Assembly (NCBI GenBank): GCA_035776655.1 | Contig: DASTWK010000067.1 | Location: 28,768 to 92,767, forward strand | Direction: 5' to 3' | From: Mycobacteriales bacterium | Lineage (GTDB): Bacteria; Actinomycetota; Actinomycetes; JAFAQI01 | DNA: 64,000 bases | Shown here: positions 1 through 8,917 of the stretch, one piece after another | How positions within the stretch are numbered: the stretch's first letter is position 1 | Layout: each line of letters begins with the position of its first letter | Translations under genes and position numbers: made by a program | The notes under the pieces: generated by a model | Databases searched by the model: none | What the model saw: the letters and a program-made list of their open reading frames with translations, nothing else | Told to the model about the DNA's origin: nothing

Positions 1-1
1 G

Positions 2-1495
2 GCGTGGAACACCGGCAAGCCGCTCAACCCGAAGCTCGTCATCACGAGCATCCGTGACCAGATGTTCGCCGAGGCCGACCGGCTGATCGGTGCGCAGAAG
101 GTCGGCGCCGGCTCGGTCGACCAGGAGCACGAGCCGGTGGCGCTGGTGCCGGACGTCATCGACCCCGACGTGCTCTGGTCGTGTACGACGTGCGGCGCGT
201 GCGTGGAGGAGTGCCCGGTCGACATCGAGCACGTCGACGCGATCGTCGACATGCGCCGCTACCAGGTGCTGATGGAGTCCTCGTTCCCCAGCGAGGCCGG
301 CGTGATGTTGCGCAACATCGAGAACAACGGCAACCCCTGGGGGATGTCCGCCGGTGCGCGGCTGGAGTGGACCGAGGGGGTCGACTTCGAGATCCCCGTC
401 GTCACCGACCACATCCCGGACGACATCGAGTGGCTCTACTGGGTCGGTTGCGCGGGCGCGCTCGACGATCGCGCCCGGCGGTCGACGCAGGCGATCGCGA
501 AGGTCTTCCACGCCGCCGGGCTCAAGTTCGCGATCCTCGGTCCGCAGGAGAACTGCACCGGTGACCCGGCCCGGCGGATCGGCAACGAGTACCTGTGGCA
601 GGAGACGGCCAAGGCCAACATCGAGACACTGCAGGGCGCCGGCGTGAAGAAGATCGTCGCGTCCTGCCCGCACTGCTTCAACACGATCGGCAACGAATAC
701 CCCGCTCTCGGTGGCAACTTCGAGGTCGTCCACCATTCGCAGCTGCTCGGCCGGCTGGTCGCCGACGGCAAGCTCTCACCGCAGGACCCGATCGTGGCGA
801 AGCTGACCTACCACGACCCCTGCTACCTCGGTCGGCACAACGACGTCTACGACGCGCCGCGCACCGTGCTCGACGCCGTGCCCGGCTTGCAGCGGGTGGA
901 GATGCACCGGCACGGCAAGCGCGGCTTCTGCTGCGGCGCCGGCGGTGCGCGCATGTGGATGGAAGAGCGGATCGGCAAGCGAGTCAACGTCGAGCGCACC
1001 GACGAGGCGCTGGGCACCGGCGCCGAGGTCATCGCGACCTCGTGCCCCTACTGCCTGATCATGCTCGACGACGCCGTCAACCAGCGGCGCAGCGAGGGCA
1101 AGGCGGGCGGCGTCAAGGTGATCGACATCGCTCAGGTGCTGGCCGACTCGATCGGCTTGCGCAAGGTGCCCGCGATGGCCGGCGCGCCGGCGGAGGCGGC
1201 GGCCGACACGGCCGCGGACAGGGCCGCGGACACGGGTCCGTCCACGCCGCCGTCCGGCGGTGGCGCACACGGCGACGAGCCGGCGCTGGAGGGCTCCACC
1301 GGCACCGGGCCGACGACTGAGGGCGCGGTCGACGGCCCCACGGTGGTCGACCCGTCCAACCGGCACCCCGAGGACGAGGAGAAGGTGCGCGACACCTCGA
1401 CCGGCGACCAGGGCGAGAACCTGGGCATGCAGGCGACGCCGAATCCGGAGGCTCAGGCCACTGAAGGCACGCAGCCGCGCGACAGCAACGAGTAG
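2..1495 (+). CDS. (Fe-S)-binding oxidoreductase subunit, 5' partial. It carries a 4Fe-4S ferredoxin motif plus two cysteine-rich CCG domains, as in heterodisulfide reductase D, GlcF and LutA.
   Basis: The reading frame is open from base 2, so the gene starts upstream of the window. Motifs seen: CTTCGACVEECP (4Fe-4S), and CPHC...HDPCY...CCGAGG...CPYC (CCG domains). The C-terminal about 110 aa is a low-complexity acidic, Pro/Thr-rich tail. Confidence 0.85.
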   Translation, partial: AWNTGKPLNPKLVITSIRDQMFAEADRLIGAQKVGAGSVDQEHEPVALVPDVIDPDVLWSCTTCGACVEECPVDIEHVDAIVDMRRYQVLMESSFPSEAGVMLRNIENNGNPWGMSAGARLEWTEGVDFEIPVVTDHIPDDIEWLYWVGCAGALDDRARRSTQAIAKVFHAAGLKFAILGPQENCTGDPARRIGNEYLWQETAKANIETLQGAGVKKIVASCPHCFNTIGNEYPALGGNFEVVHHSQLLGRLVADGKLSPQDPIVAKLTYHDPCYLGRHNDVYDAPRTVLDAVPGLQRVEMHRHGKRGFCCGAGGARMWMEERIGKRVNVERTDEALGTGAEVIATSCPYCLIMLDDAVNQRRSEGKAGGVKVIDIAQVLADSIGLRKVPAMAGAPAEAAADTAADRAADTGPSTPPSGGGAHGDEPALEGSTGTGPTTEGAVDGPTVVDPSNRHPEDEEKVRDTSTGDQGENLGMQATPNPEAQATEGTQPRDSNE

Positions 1496-1504
1496 GCCGG
1501 CGCC

Positions 1505-2029
1505 GTGAGCCGCCCGGCACCCCCCGGCGGCCGCCCACCGGAGGACGAGCCGGAGTGGTGGCGACGGTCGTCCACGTTTCGCCGGGTGCCGATCATCGCG
1601 GTGATCGTGCTGGTGATCATCCTGCTGCGCGCGGGGCAGCAGGGCAGCTCCCCGCCACCGCTGCGGACGAGCTGTACGACGCCGGCCTTCGCGCTTTCGT
1701 CGTACTCCGTCTCTTCGCACGCGACGCTGCGCTGGGCGGTCACCGGGCCGGCGCGGTCGCCGTTCGTTCTCACGATCGGCGCGCGCACCCTGCTGGAGCA
1801 AGGCACCAACGGACAACTGACGACAGTGCCGGACGCGGGCGTCGCGCGCAGCGACGTGCGCTCCACCGGCGTGCGCCGGACCAGTTCCGGCTGCACCGAC
1901 CACGGTGCCTTCGGGATCGCGCTGCCGGCGGGTCGCTACGAGGTGCGGTTGTTCCGGGTCACCGCCGCGGGCTCGGCTCGGGCGGCCGCGCAGGTCGTCG
2001 CGACGAAGACGTTGACCGTCACGTCCTGA
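1505..2029 (+). CDS. Hypothetical membrane-anchored protein (GTG start)
   Basis: GC3 is high throughout. There is one N-terminal transmembrane helix (VPIIAVIVLVIILL). No family was recognised. The overlapping alternative frames translate to Arg-rich nonsense. Confidence 0.5.
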   Translation: MSRPAPPGGRPPEDEPEWWRRSSTFRRVPIIAVIVLVIILLRAGQQGSSPPPLRTSCTTPAFALSSYSVSSHATLRWAVTGPARSPFVLTIGARTLLEQGTNGQLTTVPDAGVARSDVRSTGVRRTSSGCTDHGAFGIALPAGRYEVRLFRVTAAGSARAAAQVVATKTLTVTS

Positions 2030-2045
2030 CCGTCCGGCGCGGGTG

Positions 2046-2621
2046 TCAGATGCTCCCGCGGCGGAAGTTGACGTGCGACCGCGACGGCGTCGGCCCGCGC
2101 TGCCCCTGGTAGCGCGACCCGTAGACAGCGGAGCCGTAGGGATGCTCCGCCGGCGAGCTGAGCCGCATGACGCAGACCTGCCCGATCTTCATGCCCGGCC
2201 AGAGCTTGATGGGCAACGTCGCGACGTTGCTGAGCTCGAGGGTGACGTGGCCGCTGAAGCCGGGGTCGATGAAGCCCGCCGTCGAGTGCGTCAGCAAACC
2301 GAGCCGGCCGAGGCTGGACTTGCCTTCGAGCCGGCTGGCGATGTCGTCGGCCAGGGTGATGGTCTCGTAGGTCGATCCGAGGACGAACTCACCCGGGTGC
2401 AGGATGAACGGCTCGTCCACCGGCACCTCGACCAGGCGGGTCAGCTCGTCCTGCTGCTCCGCCGGATCGATGTGCGGATAGCGGTGGTTCTCGAACACGC
2501 GGAAGAACCGGTCGAGCCGCACGTCGATGCTCGACGGTTGCACCAGATCGGGGTCGAACGGGTCGATGACGAGGCGACCGGCGTCGATCTCGGCCCTCAG
2601 GTCGCGGTCGCTCAGCAGCAC
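2046..2621 (-). CDS. dcd: dCTP deaminase
   Basis: Full-length match to the Dcd family ([22 protein letters not shown]...GFIDPGFSG...). It has a GTG start with a GAGGA ribosome-binding site upstream. Confidence 0.95.
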   Translation of the reverse strand: MLLSDRDLRAEIDAGRLVIDPFDPDLVQPSSIDVRLDRFFRVFENHRYPHIDPAEQQDELTRLVEVPVDEPFILHPGEFVLGSTYETITLADDIASRLEGKSSLGRLGLLTHSTAGFIDPGFSGHVTLELSNVATLPIKLWPGMKIGQVCVMRLSSPAEHPYGSAVYGSRYQGQRGPTPSRSHVNFRRGSI

Positions 2622-2668
2622 GCGTGGAGGCTATCCTCGCAAGCGTCGCCGGCCCCGAGTCGGCGCGC

Positions 2669-2739
2669 GCGGGTGTAGTTCAATGGCAGAACATCAGCTT
2701 CCCAAGCTGACAGTGCGAGTTCGATTCTCGTCACCCGCT
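2669..2739 (+). tRNA. tRNA-Gly (anticodon CCC)
   Basis: A cloverleaf can be drawn by hand: acceptor stem GCGGGTG/CACCCGC, D-arm GTTCAATGGCAGAAC, anticodon stem-loop CAGCT-TTCCCAA-AGCTG, T-arm GCGAG-TTCGATTC-CTCGT, discriminator U. Confidence 0.85.
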
Positions 2740-2776
2740 CTGCTCTGTGACTCCTGCTCGATGCCGCCGGAGTGCC

Positions 2777-3130
2777 TCAGCAGCAACTGGGATCGATGAC
2801 GCGGCACAGGGCGCCGAGAGCTTCCGGCCAGGCCCGGTAGTAGACGTTCATGCCGCGCCGCTCGCCGTCGCTGACCAGACCACTCTTCTTCAACACCGAC
2901 AGGTGGTGGCTGACGGTCGCCTCGGTCACGCCGACCGCCGGCGCGAGGTCGCAGGTGCAGAGCTCGCCCTCGGCCAGCAGCAACGAGATCAACCGGACGC
3001 GGACCGGATCGGCGAGTGCCTTCAACCGCAGCGCCACCTCGAGCGCATCCGCCTCGCTCATCGGTGCCGCCGCCACCGGCGCGCAGCAGATCGGAGCCGT
3101 GGTGTCGATGACCGGCAACGCCTTGGGCAT
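2777..3130 (-). CDS. ArsR/SmtB family metal-responsive transcriptional regulator
   Basis: Winged-helix ArsR core is present (LADPVRVRLISLL...ELCTCDLA...SHHLSVLKKSGLV), including the ELCTCD metal-site cysteines. The start was trimmed to the internal ATG (MPKALPV...). It is divergent from a VOC/CadI-type gene. Confidence 0.85.
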   Translation of the reverse strand: MPKALPVIDTTAPICCAPVAAAPMSEADALEVALRLKALADPVRVRLISLLLAEGELCTCDLAPAVGVTEATVSHHLSVLKKSGLVSDGERRGMNVYYRAWPEALGALCRVIDPSCC

Positions 3131-3151
3131 GGCTCCATGGTGCCGACCTTC

Positions 3152-3165
3152 TTGACATACGTCAA
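3152..3165. promoter_or_regulatory. Palindrome TTGAC-ATAC-GTCAA in the arsR/cadI divergent intergenic region, a candidate ArsR operator that overlaps a -35-like TTGACA
   Basis: It is a perfect 5-4-5 inverted repeat, read directly from the sequence between the two divergent start codons. Confidence 0.4.
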
Positions 3166-3224
3166 AGATGCTGCCAGGCTCGTGCCAGTTGTTAGACGAA
3201 CGTCGAAGACCCAGGGAGGCAGCA

Positions 3225-3692
3225 ATGTCGCGGATCCAGCTCGCGCTCAACGTCGACGACCTCGAGACAGCAGTGGCGTTCTACTCGAAGCTGTTCGACG
3301 CGCAACCGGCCAAGACCAGACCTGGCTACGCCAACTTCGCCGTCGCCAACCCGCCGCTGAAGCTGGTGCTGCTGGAGAACCCCGGGCAGGGTGGCACGCT
3401 CAACCACCTGGGTGTCGAGGTCGAGTCCACCGACGTCGTCGACGCCGAGCAGACCCGCCTCGCCGCGAGCGAGCTGGCCTCGGTCGACGAGCGCGGCACC
3501 ACCTGCTGCTATGCCCGGCAGGACAAGTTCTGGGTCGAGGGCGCGCCCAGCGGCGAACGGTGGGAGATCTACACCGTGCTGGCCGACAGCGACACGTTCG
3601 CCGCCGCGACCGCGACCGGCGAGACCTGTTGCGGGGCGCCGCTGCCCGCCGAGCCGACGGTCGCGACCGCGACCGCGTCGTCCTGCTGCTGA
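3225..3692 (+). CDS. VOC (glyoxalase/bleomycin-resistance fold) protein of the CadI/ArsI type, with a Cys-rich C-terminal tail
   Basis: A GGGAGG ribosome-binding site precedes the ATG. The protein has the VOC fold, vicinal cysteines (TTCCYARQDKFW) like ArsI/CadI, and a C-terminus ...ETCCGAPLPAEPTVATATASSCC. It pairs with the ArsR gene, as in the Mtb cmtR/cadI arrangement. Confidence 0.85.
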   Translation: MSRIQLALNVDDLETAVAFYSKLFDAQPAKTRPGYANFAVANPPLKLVLLENPGQGGTLNHLGVEVESTDVVDAEQTRLAASELASVDERGTTCCYARQDKFWVEGAPSGERWEIYTVLADSDTFAAATATGETCCGAPLPAEPTVATATASSCC

Positions 3693-3705
3693 GGGTGCTG
3701 GCCGG

Positions 3706-5172
3706 CTAAGCCGCCGGCGGTACGACGAAGCCGGCCACCTCCGTCTCCAGCAGCTCCGCCGTTCGGATCGTCGTCCGGTCGGCGTACCGGTCGCCGAGGA
3801 TCTGCACCCCCACCGGCAGCCCCGCCGCAGACAGCCCGGCCGGCGCCACCGTCGCCGGCAGCCCGGCCAGCCCGACGACGATGTTCCAGGTGAGCTGGTC
3901 GAGATACGGCCGGTCGGCTCCGTTGACCCGGATCGTGCGCGCCAGCCGGTGGTCCACCGACGCGATCTCGTCGAGGTCGTCGACCGGGTCGTGCTCCGGC
4001 GCGACGACCGGGATCACCGGGCACAGCAACACGTCCACGTCGTCGAACACCGACGCCCACCGACGCTGCAGCTCGTGCCGCTGCTCGTCCAACCGCAACC
4101 AGTCGGCGTGCGTCATCGTCTCCGCCCGCGCCCGCTGACCGGCCAGCCCGTCGGCGTCCCGCTGACCGCGCAGCCGATGCAGTTCTTCCTCCGACGTGCG
4201 CGCCGAGGACGCGGCCACCCACAGCGGGAACGCGACGTCCCACGCCTCGGCCAGCGACACCGGCGGCCGGCGTTCCGAGACCACCGCCCCGCGGTCGGCG
4301 ACCGCATCGGCGACCGCGCGTAACCGGTCGAGCACCAGCGCGTCGGTGGGGCAGAACGGGTCGTCGAGCCACACCCCGATGCGTGCACCCCGCAACGCCG
4401 TCACCCGCGCCGGCGGCAGGTCGAACCGCATGCCACCGCCGATCGCTGGATCGTCGCCCGCCAGCACGTCCAGCGCCAGCGCGAGATCGCCGGCCGAGCG
4501 GGCGAGCGGACCGGCGGTCATCAGGTCGACGTCCTTGCCGACGTGTTCCCACGGCACCTGCGGACGGTGTCCGCGCAACGGCACCACGCCGTGCGTCGGC
4601 ACGTGCCCGAAGACGCCGCAGCAGTGCGCCGGTTGACGGATCGACCCGCCGCTGTCGCTGCCGAGCTCCAGCGGGGTCAGCCCCGCCGCCAACGCCGCTG
4701 CCGCACCGCCGGAGGACCCGCCGGGCGTCCGGCGCCGGTCCCACGGGTTGAGCGTGCGCCCGAACAGGCAGTTCGCGGTCTCCTGTCCGGTGATGCCCGG
4801 CGGGACATTGGTCTTGCCGACGATGACAGCGCCCGCCTCCCGCAGCCTGGCCACGGCCACGGCGTCGTACGCCGGCACGTCCGCGCGCAGTTCGGGCAGT
4901 CCCGACGTGCTGCGCATCCCCCGCACCGCCCAGGCGTCCTTCACCGTGATCGGCACCCCGTGCAGCGGCGGCAACGCCGATCCCGCCGACACCGCCGCGT
5001 CACACCGGTCGGCGGCGGCCCGGGCAGCGTCCGCGTCGACGGTCACGACCGCGTTGAGATCTGAGCGTTCGATGCGCGTGAGCATCTGCTCGACGAGCTC
5101 GCGGCTGCTCACCCTTCCCCGCACCACCGCCGCGGCCTGCTCGCGCGCCGGCGACCACGGCGTCAGATCCAC
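3706..5172 (-). CDS. Amidase (amidase-signature family)
   Basis: GGSSGG and the Ser-cisSer-Lys signature region are present (KDAWAVRGMRSTSG...GGSSGGAAAA...GSDSGGSIRQPA). The start was placed at a GTG just after the upstream stop codon; an ATG at 5217 is an alternative and would overlap the upstream gene by 55 bp. Confidence 0.88.
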   Translation of the reverse strand: MDLTPWSPAREQAAAVVRGRVSSRELVEQMLTRIERSDLNAVVTVDADAARAAADRCDAAVSAGSALPPLHGVPITVKDAWAVRGMRSTSGLPELRADVPAYDAVAVARLREAGAVIVGKTNVPPGITGQETANCLFGRTLNPWDRRRTPGGSSGGAAAALAAGLTPLELGSDSGGSIRQPAHCCGVFGHVPTHGVVPLRGHRPQVPWEHVGKDVDLMTAGPLARSAGDLALALDVLAGDDPAIGGGMRFDLPPARVTALRGARIGVWLDDPFCPTDALVLDRLRAVADAVADRGAVVSERRPPVSLAEAWDVAFPLWVAASSARTSEEELHRLRGQRDADGLAGQRARAETMTHADWLRLDEQRHELQRRWASVFDDVDVLLCPVIPVVAPEHDPVDDLDEIASVDHRLARTIRVNGADRPYLDQLTWNIVVGLAGLPATVAPAGLSAAGLPVGVQILGDRYADRTTIRTAELLETEVAGFVVPPAA

Positions 5173-6434
5173 AGCGCCTCTTCCGCTTCGTAGCCGAGAG
5201 CCACGGCGATCTCCCACACCGACGGCTCCGCCAGCGCGGGACTCAGGTCATGGACCCCTGCGGCCCAGCGGCGCTGCCGGGGTGGCGCAGTGGCCATCAC
5301 CGGATCGATACCCGCCACCACCCGGTCTCGCAACGGTGCCGGGTCCGCGCCGATGAACTCCGCCAGCTGCAGCACCACCGCCTCTCGCGCCGCCGCCGGG
5401 CCGACGAGATCCTCGTAACGCACCCGCAGCACCGGCGCATCGCCACGGGCAGCGAAGTCCAGCGCCGCCGCGTGCGTGCTGCGCCACTGCTCGGCCGCCA
5501 CCGCCGCCAGCGGTGCCGTGGTCAGCTCACGCCACCGCGGCGGCACGTCGAACTTCCACCAGCTGCGGCCCCAGGCACCCAGTTCGGTGTAGCCGGCGAT
5601 GTCCAACCGCTGCGGCACCGGCGTGGAGAAGAACGCCGGGTGGTGCCACCCGTCGATCAGTCCGTTGACGCTGGCCGCGGGATTGCGGGTGAGGTGCACC
5701 ACCCGCACCCGGGCCGGCGCGAGCTGCCCGACCAGCCAGTCGAGCCGATAGCTGTTGCGCGGAGCGGCGATCACGACCGGCTGGTGTCGGAGCTCACTGC
5801 CGGTCGCCGGGCGCCAGGGTCGAAAGCCGATGTATGGCGTCATCTCGACGACCGGCGCAGCAGGCGGCGGCGCAGGATCGGACATCGAGCCCGCCGAACC
5901 GTCGTACGCCGCGAGGGACACGGCCGGCTCCGCCGCCGCCACTCGCTCGAGCAGCCCGGCGCCGAACGTCGCCGGGTCAGCACCGCCGGTCCGCAGCGCG
6001 GCGTCCACCCAGTCGGCGGGCAGGTCGTCGTCGAACTTCAGCCGGGGCCATTGCGCGGTCAGCCGCCACTGGACGTCGGCGACCAACTGGTCCCGGTCCA
6101 CCTCGTCGGGCCGCGCGGGGTGGCCGACCTGCCGCATCAGCTCCGCGCGGAAGACACCGGCGTCACCGCCGGCGAGCTGGGCGATGACGACGGCCGGGTT
6201 CATCTCCCCGGGCAGCGACAGCAGATCCGGGTGCGCGCGCAACAGCTCGGTCAGCAGGGACGTGCCGCCGCGCGAGCTGCCGACGACCAGCACGACGTCG
6301 GCAGCCGGCGTCGTGTGCGCCGCGGTGCGCCGTCGGCGCAGCCCGGCGAAGCGCGCCGCCAGCTCGGCGTCGGCGCCGGGGTGCGGCACCTCGTCGTCGT
6401 ACGACGACAGCACCGGCGGCGGCTGGGCGGTCAC
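5163..6434 (-). CDS. Sulfotransferase family protein (PAPS-dependent, Stf0/Sulfotransfer_3-like N-terminal core) with a C-terminal extension
   Basis: A 5'-PSB-like P-loop (VVLVVGSSRGGTSLLTELL) and a 3'-PB-like motif (HLTRNPAASVNGL) are present. At 423 aa it is larger than Stf0-type enzymes. Confidence 0.75.
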   Translation of the reverse strand: MTAQPPPVLSSYDDEVPHPGADAELAARFAGLRRRRTAAHTTPAADVVLVVGSSRGGTSLLTELLRAHPDLLSLPGEMNPAVVIAQLAGGDAGVFRAELMRQVGHPARPDEVDRDQLVADVQWRLTAQWPRLKFDDDLPADWVDAALRTGGADPATFGAGLLERVAAAEPAVSLAAYDGSAGSMSDPAPPPAAPVVEMTPYIGFRPWRPATGSELRHQPVVIAAPRNSYRLDWLVGQLAPARVRVVHLTRNPAASVNGLIDGWHHPAFFSTPVPQRLDIAGYTELGAWGRSWWKFDVPPRWRELTTAPLAAVAAEQWRSTHAAALDFAARGDAPVLRVRYEDLVGPAAAREAVVLQLAEFIGADPAPLRDRVVAGIDPVMATAPPRQRRWAAGVHDLSPALAEPSVWEIAVALGYEAEEALWI

Positions 6435-6444
6435 GCCCGCAGTG

Positions 6445-8523
6445 CTACCCCGCGTGGGCCGCCGGCAGTGACCGGCGCAGGAAGTCCAGCTGCAACAGCA
6501 GCAGGTTCTCGGCGACCGCCTCCTGCGGAGTCATGTGCGTCACGCCGGTGAGCGGCAGCACGCAGTGCGGGCGCCCCGTCTCGGTCAACCGCTGCGACAG
6601 CAACAGCGTGTGCGCGGCGACGACGTTGTCGTCGGCGAGACCGTGGATCAACAGCAACGGCCTGGACAGCGCGGCGGCGTCGGTCAGCAGCGAGGTCTGC
6701 TCGTAGACCTTCGGGTTGTCCTGAGGCCGGCCCAGATAGCGCTCGGTGTAGTGCGTGTCGTAGTGCGCCCAGTCGACCGCCGGGGCGCCGGCGACGGCGG
6801 CGTGGAACACGTCCGGGCGCCGCAGCACCGCGAGCGCGGCGAGATAGCCACCGAAGGACCAGCCGCGGATGCCGACGCGGGTGAGGTCGAGATCGGGCTC
6901 GAGGTCGGCGGCCGCGTGCAGCGCCTCGACCTGGTCGTCGAGCACGGGACCGGCGACGTCGAGGTGGATCTCACGTTCCCAGTGCGGGTCGCGTCCGGGA
7001 GTTCCGCGCCCGTCGACGACGAGGACGGCGAACCCCTGGTCAGCCCACCACTGCGACTCCAGCCAGGTCCGGCGCGCGGCGAGCACCCGCTGCGCATGCG
7101 GTCCGCCGTAGGGGTCGAGCAGCACCGGCAGCTTGGTTCCGCGCACGTGGTCACGTGGCAGCAGCAGGCCAGCGGACAGTTCCCGCGGGCCGAGCCGCAG
7201 GAGCCGCACCGCCGGCACCAGGCTGGGCTGCTCCGCGACGGAGGCGATGGTGTGTTCGGCATCGGCTGTCAGCACGCGGTGCCGATAGCCGTCGTAGTCC
7301 AGCGACGCCGTGGAGATCACGGTCACCGGTCCCGCGGCCACCGCCGCGCTCACCGTGTGTCCCTCGGTCAGTCGCTCCAGTCCGGCCGGGGTCCAGCGGG
7401 TGACGTGCACCTCACTCGGGGTGTGGCGGCAGGCGGTGAAGACGATGCCGTCGTCGCTCGCCCCGACGACGCTGCGGACATAGAGCTCCGGGTCGGTCAC
7501 CGGCTCGTCACCGACCACGAGCCGCCGGCCACCGCCGATGTCGGCGACACGCACGATCTGCCCGCCCCACCAGGTCGGTGCGCCGTTGAACAGCTCGACC
7601 CAGACGTCGTCGCTGTCCTCGTGCCGCTGCGCGGTGGCACCGGTGTCGACGTCCACCGTGCAGAACCGGGTGCACCGCTGGTCGCGCGACTGCAGCTGCA
7701 GCAGCGGGGGGTGCTCCGGCGACCAGACCACCCGGGCGAGATAGGGGAACCCCTCGCGGTCCCAAACCACGTCGACGCAGGTGCCGTCGAGCCGCAGCAG
7801 GTGCAGCGAGACGGCCGCGTTGTCACTGCCGGCAACGGGATAGCGCACCGGCGTCGGCGGTTGCGCCGGGTGCGCCGGATCGGCGATCCACCATTGCGTG
7901 ACCGGCGACTCGTCGACGCGGGCGGCCAGCACCGCACTGCCGTCGGGTGCCCACCAGAAGCCGCGGGTGCGGTCCATCTCCTCCGCGGCGACGAACTCCG
8001 CGCGGCCCCAGCTGACCGCCTCGTCGGCCTCGCCGGCGAGGAGCCGGTCGTCGCCACCGTCGACCGTCACCACCCGCAGCTCGCGTCCGCTCACGTAGGC
8101 GACGCGGGAGCCGGTCGGGTCCACTCGTGGGTCGTAGACACCGGGTCGGGCCGGCAGCGTCCGCGCCGTACCCGTGTCCACGTCGGCCACCCACAGCTGA
8201 CCGCCGGCGGCGAATGCCACCGTCCGCCCGGCCTCGTCGGCCGTGAACGCGACCACGCCCGACGCCGTCTCCCGCACCCGCTCCCGGCGGGCCCGTTCCG
8301 CCGGGGGCAGGTCCGCGTCGTCGCCCAGCCGCGCGGGGTCCACCACCAGCCGCTCCTGGCCGGTGGCGAGGTCGAGCGACCACACGCCGGTGCGCGGGTC
8401 GCTGCCGGACAACGATCGCAGGAACAGCACCCGGCCGCCCGCGGGGCAGATCGTGAAGCCGCGCGGTTCGCCGAGGGTGAACCGCCTGGTGCGCGCGGCC
8501 TGCCGCGGAAAGCTCTCGGTCAT
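6445..8523 (-). CDS. S9 family serine peptidase (prolyl oligopeptidase / dipeptidyl aminopeptidase-like), with an N-terminal beta-propeller
   Basis: The C-terminal alpha/beta-hydrolase domain has the GWSFGG nucleophile elbow, and D and H residues lie downstream. The long N-terminal region is propeller-like. Confidence 0.9.
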   Translation of the reverse strand: MTESFPRQAARTRRFTLGEPRGFTICPAGGRVLFLRSLSGSDPRTGVWSLDLATGQERLVVDPARLGDDADLPPAERARRERVRETASGVVAFTADEAGRTVAFAAGGQLWVADVDTGTARTLPARPGVYDPRVDPTGSRVAYVSGRELRVVTVDGGDDRLLAGEADEAVSWGRAEFVAAEEMDRTRGFWWAPDGSAVLAARVDESPVTQWWIADPAHPAQPPTPVRYPVAGSDNAAVSLHLLRLDGTCVDVVWDREGFPYLARVVWSPEHPPLLQLQSRDQRCTRFCTVDVDTGATAQRHEDSDDVWVELFNGAPTWWGGQIVRVADIGGGRRLVVGDEPVTDPELYVRSVVGASDDGIVFTACRHTPSEVHVTRWTPAGLERLTEGHTVSAAVAAGPVTVISTASLDYDGYRHRVLTADAEHTIASVAEQPSLVPAVRLLRLGPRELSAGLLLPRDHVRGTKLPVLLDPYGGPHAQRVLAARRTWLESQWWADQGFAVLVVDGRGTPGRDPHWEREIHLDVAGPVLDDQVEALHAAADLEPDLDLTRVGIRGWSFGGYLAALAVLRRPDVFHAAVAGAPAVDWAHYDTHYTERYLGRPQDNPKVYEQTSLLTDAAALSRPLLLIHGLADDNVVAAHTLLLSQRLTETGRPHCVLPLTGVTHMTPQEAVAENLLLLQLDFLRRSLPAAHAG

Positions 8524-8623
8524 GGCGGCTCAGCCTAAGGGCGGCAAGACCGGCAGCGGGCGTCCGTTTGGGGCACGTCCCGCAGCGGAACAGACGGGGC
8601 ACCAACGAACCCCGGAGGAGACA

Positions 8624-8872
8624 GTGCCAGCCGTACGCCGGTCCAACCCGCGCGCTCTCGTGTTCGAGCTCACCCGCCGACTCGCGGAGGAGTACGACAC
8701 GGTGCCGATCTCGAGTGTGACCAGCGCCGTGCGCTCGGCCGTCTCCGCCACGGAGCTGTTCGGCAACGACATCGCAGCCTCGCTCGACGTCATCGAGCAG
8801 TTGGCCCGCGAAGACCTCGACGCCGTCCGCTCCGCTCGCGCGGAGCAGGTCGAGACGGCTCTCGCCAGCTGA
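8624..8872 (+). CDS. Small hypothetical protein (start uncertain; could extend to the ATG at 8522)
   Basis: GC3 is high only downstream of about 8620. It is divergent from the peptidase gene. No family was recognised. A 27-bp tandem duplication spans its stop codon. Confidence 0.3.
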   Translation: MPAVRRSNPRALVFELTRRLAEEYDTVPISSVTSAVRSAVSATELFGNDIAASLDVIEQLAREDLDAVRSARAEQVETALAS

Positions 8873-8915
8873 GCCGGCCACGCCGGCGGCGCCAGCTGAG
8901 CCGGCCACGCCGGCG
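8864..8915. repeat. 27-bp tandem duplication (two copies, gccagctgagccggccacgccggcg + 2 nt) spanning the stop codon of the small ORF
   Basis: The first copy is at 8864-8888 and the second at 8891-8915, read directly from the sequence. Confidence 0.7.
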
Positions 8916-8917
8916 AG

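Noticed and set aside
776-1903. Long antisense or alternate-frame ORFs throughout the window, for example 776-1903(-), 6535-8538(+), 24376-27741(-), 34960-37740(+), 37590-41312(+) and 46394-47872(+)
   Set aside because: These are Arg/Gly/Pro-rich translations that are typical open-frame artefacts of about 72% GC DNA. Each overlaps a gene with a clear family match and better codon periodicity.
2669-3692. Genomic island integrated at tRNA-Gly
   Set aside because: There is no integrase or recombinase, no duplicated tRNA 3' end, and no GC-content shift visible. Only a two-gene metal module is present.
8243-8623. Long form of the small plus-strand ORF upstream of the histidine phosphatase
   Set aside because: The 5' portion has low GC3, is Arg/Ser-rich and overlaps the S9 peptidase start region on the opposite strand. 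It is probably a divergent promoter region, not coding sequence.
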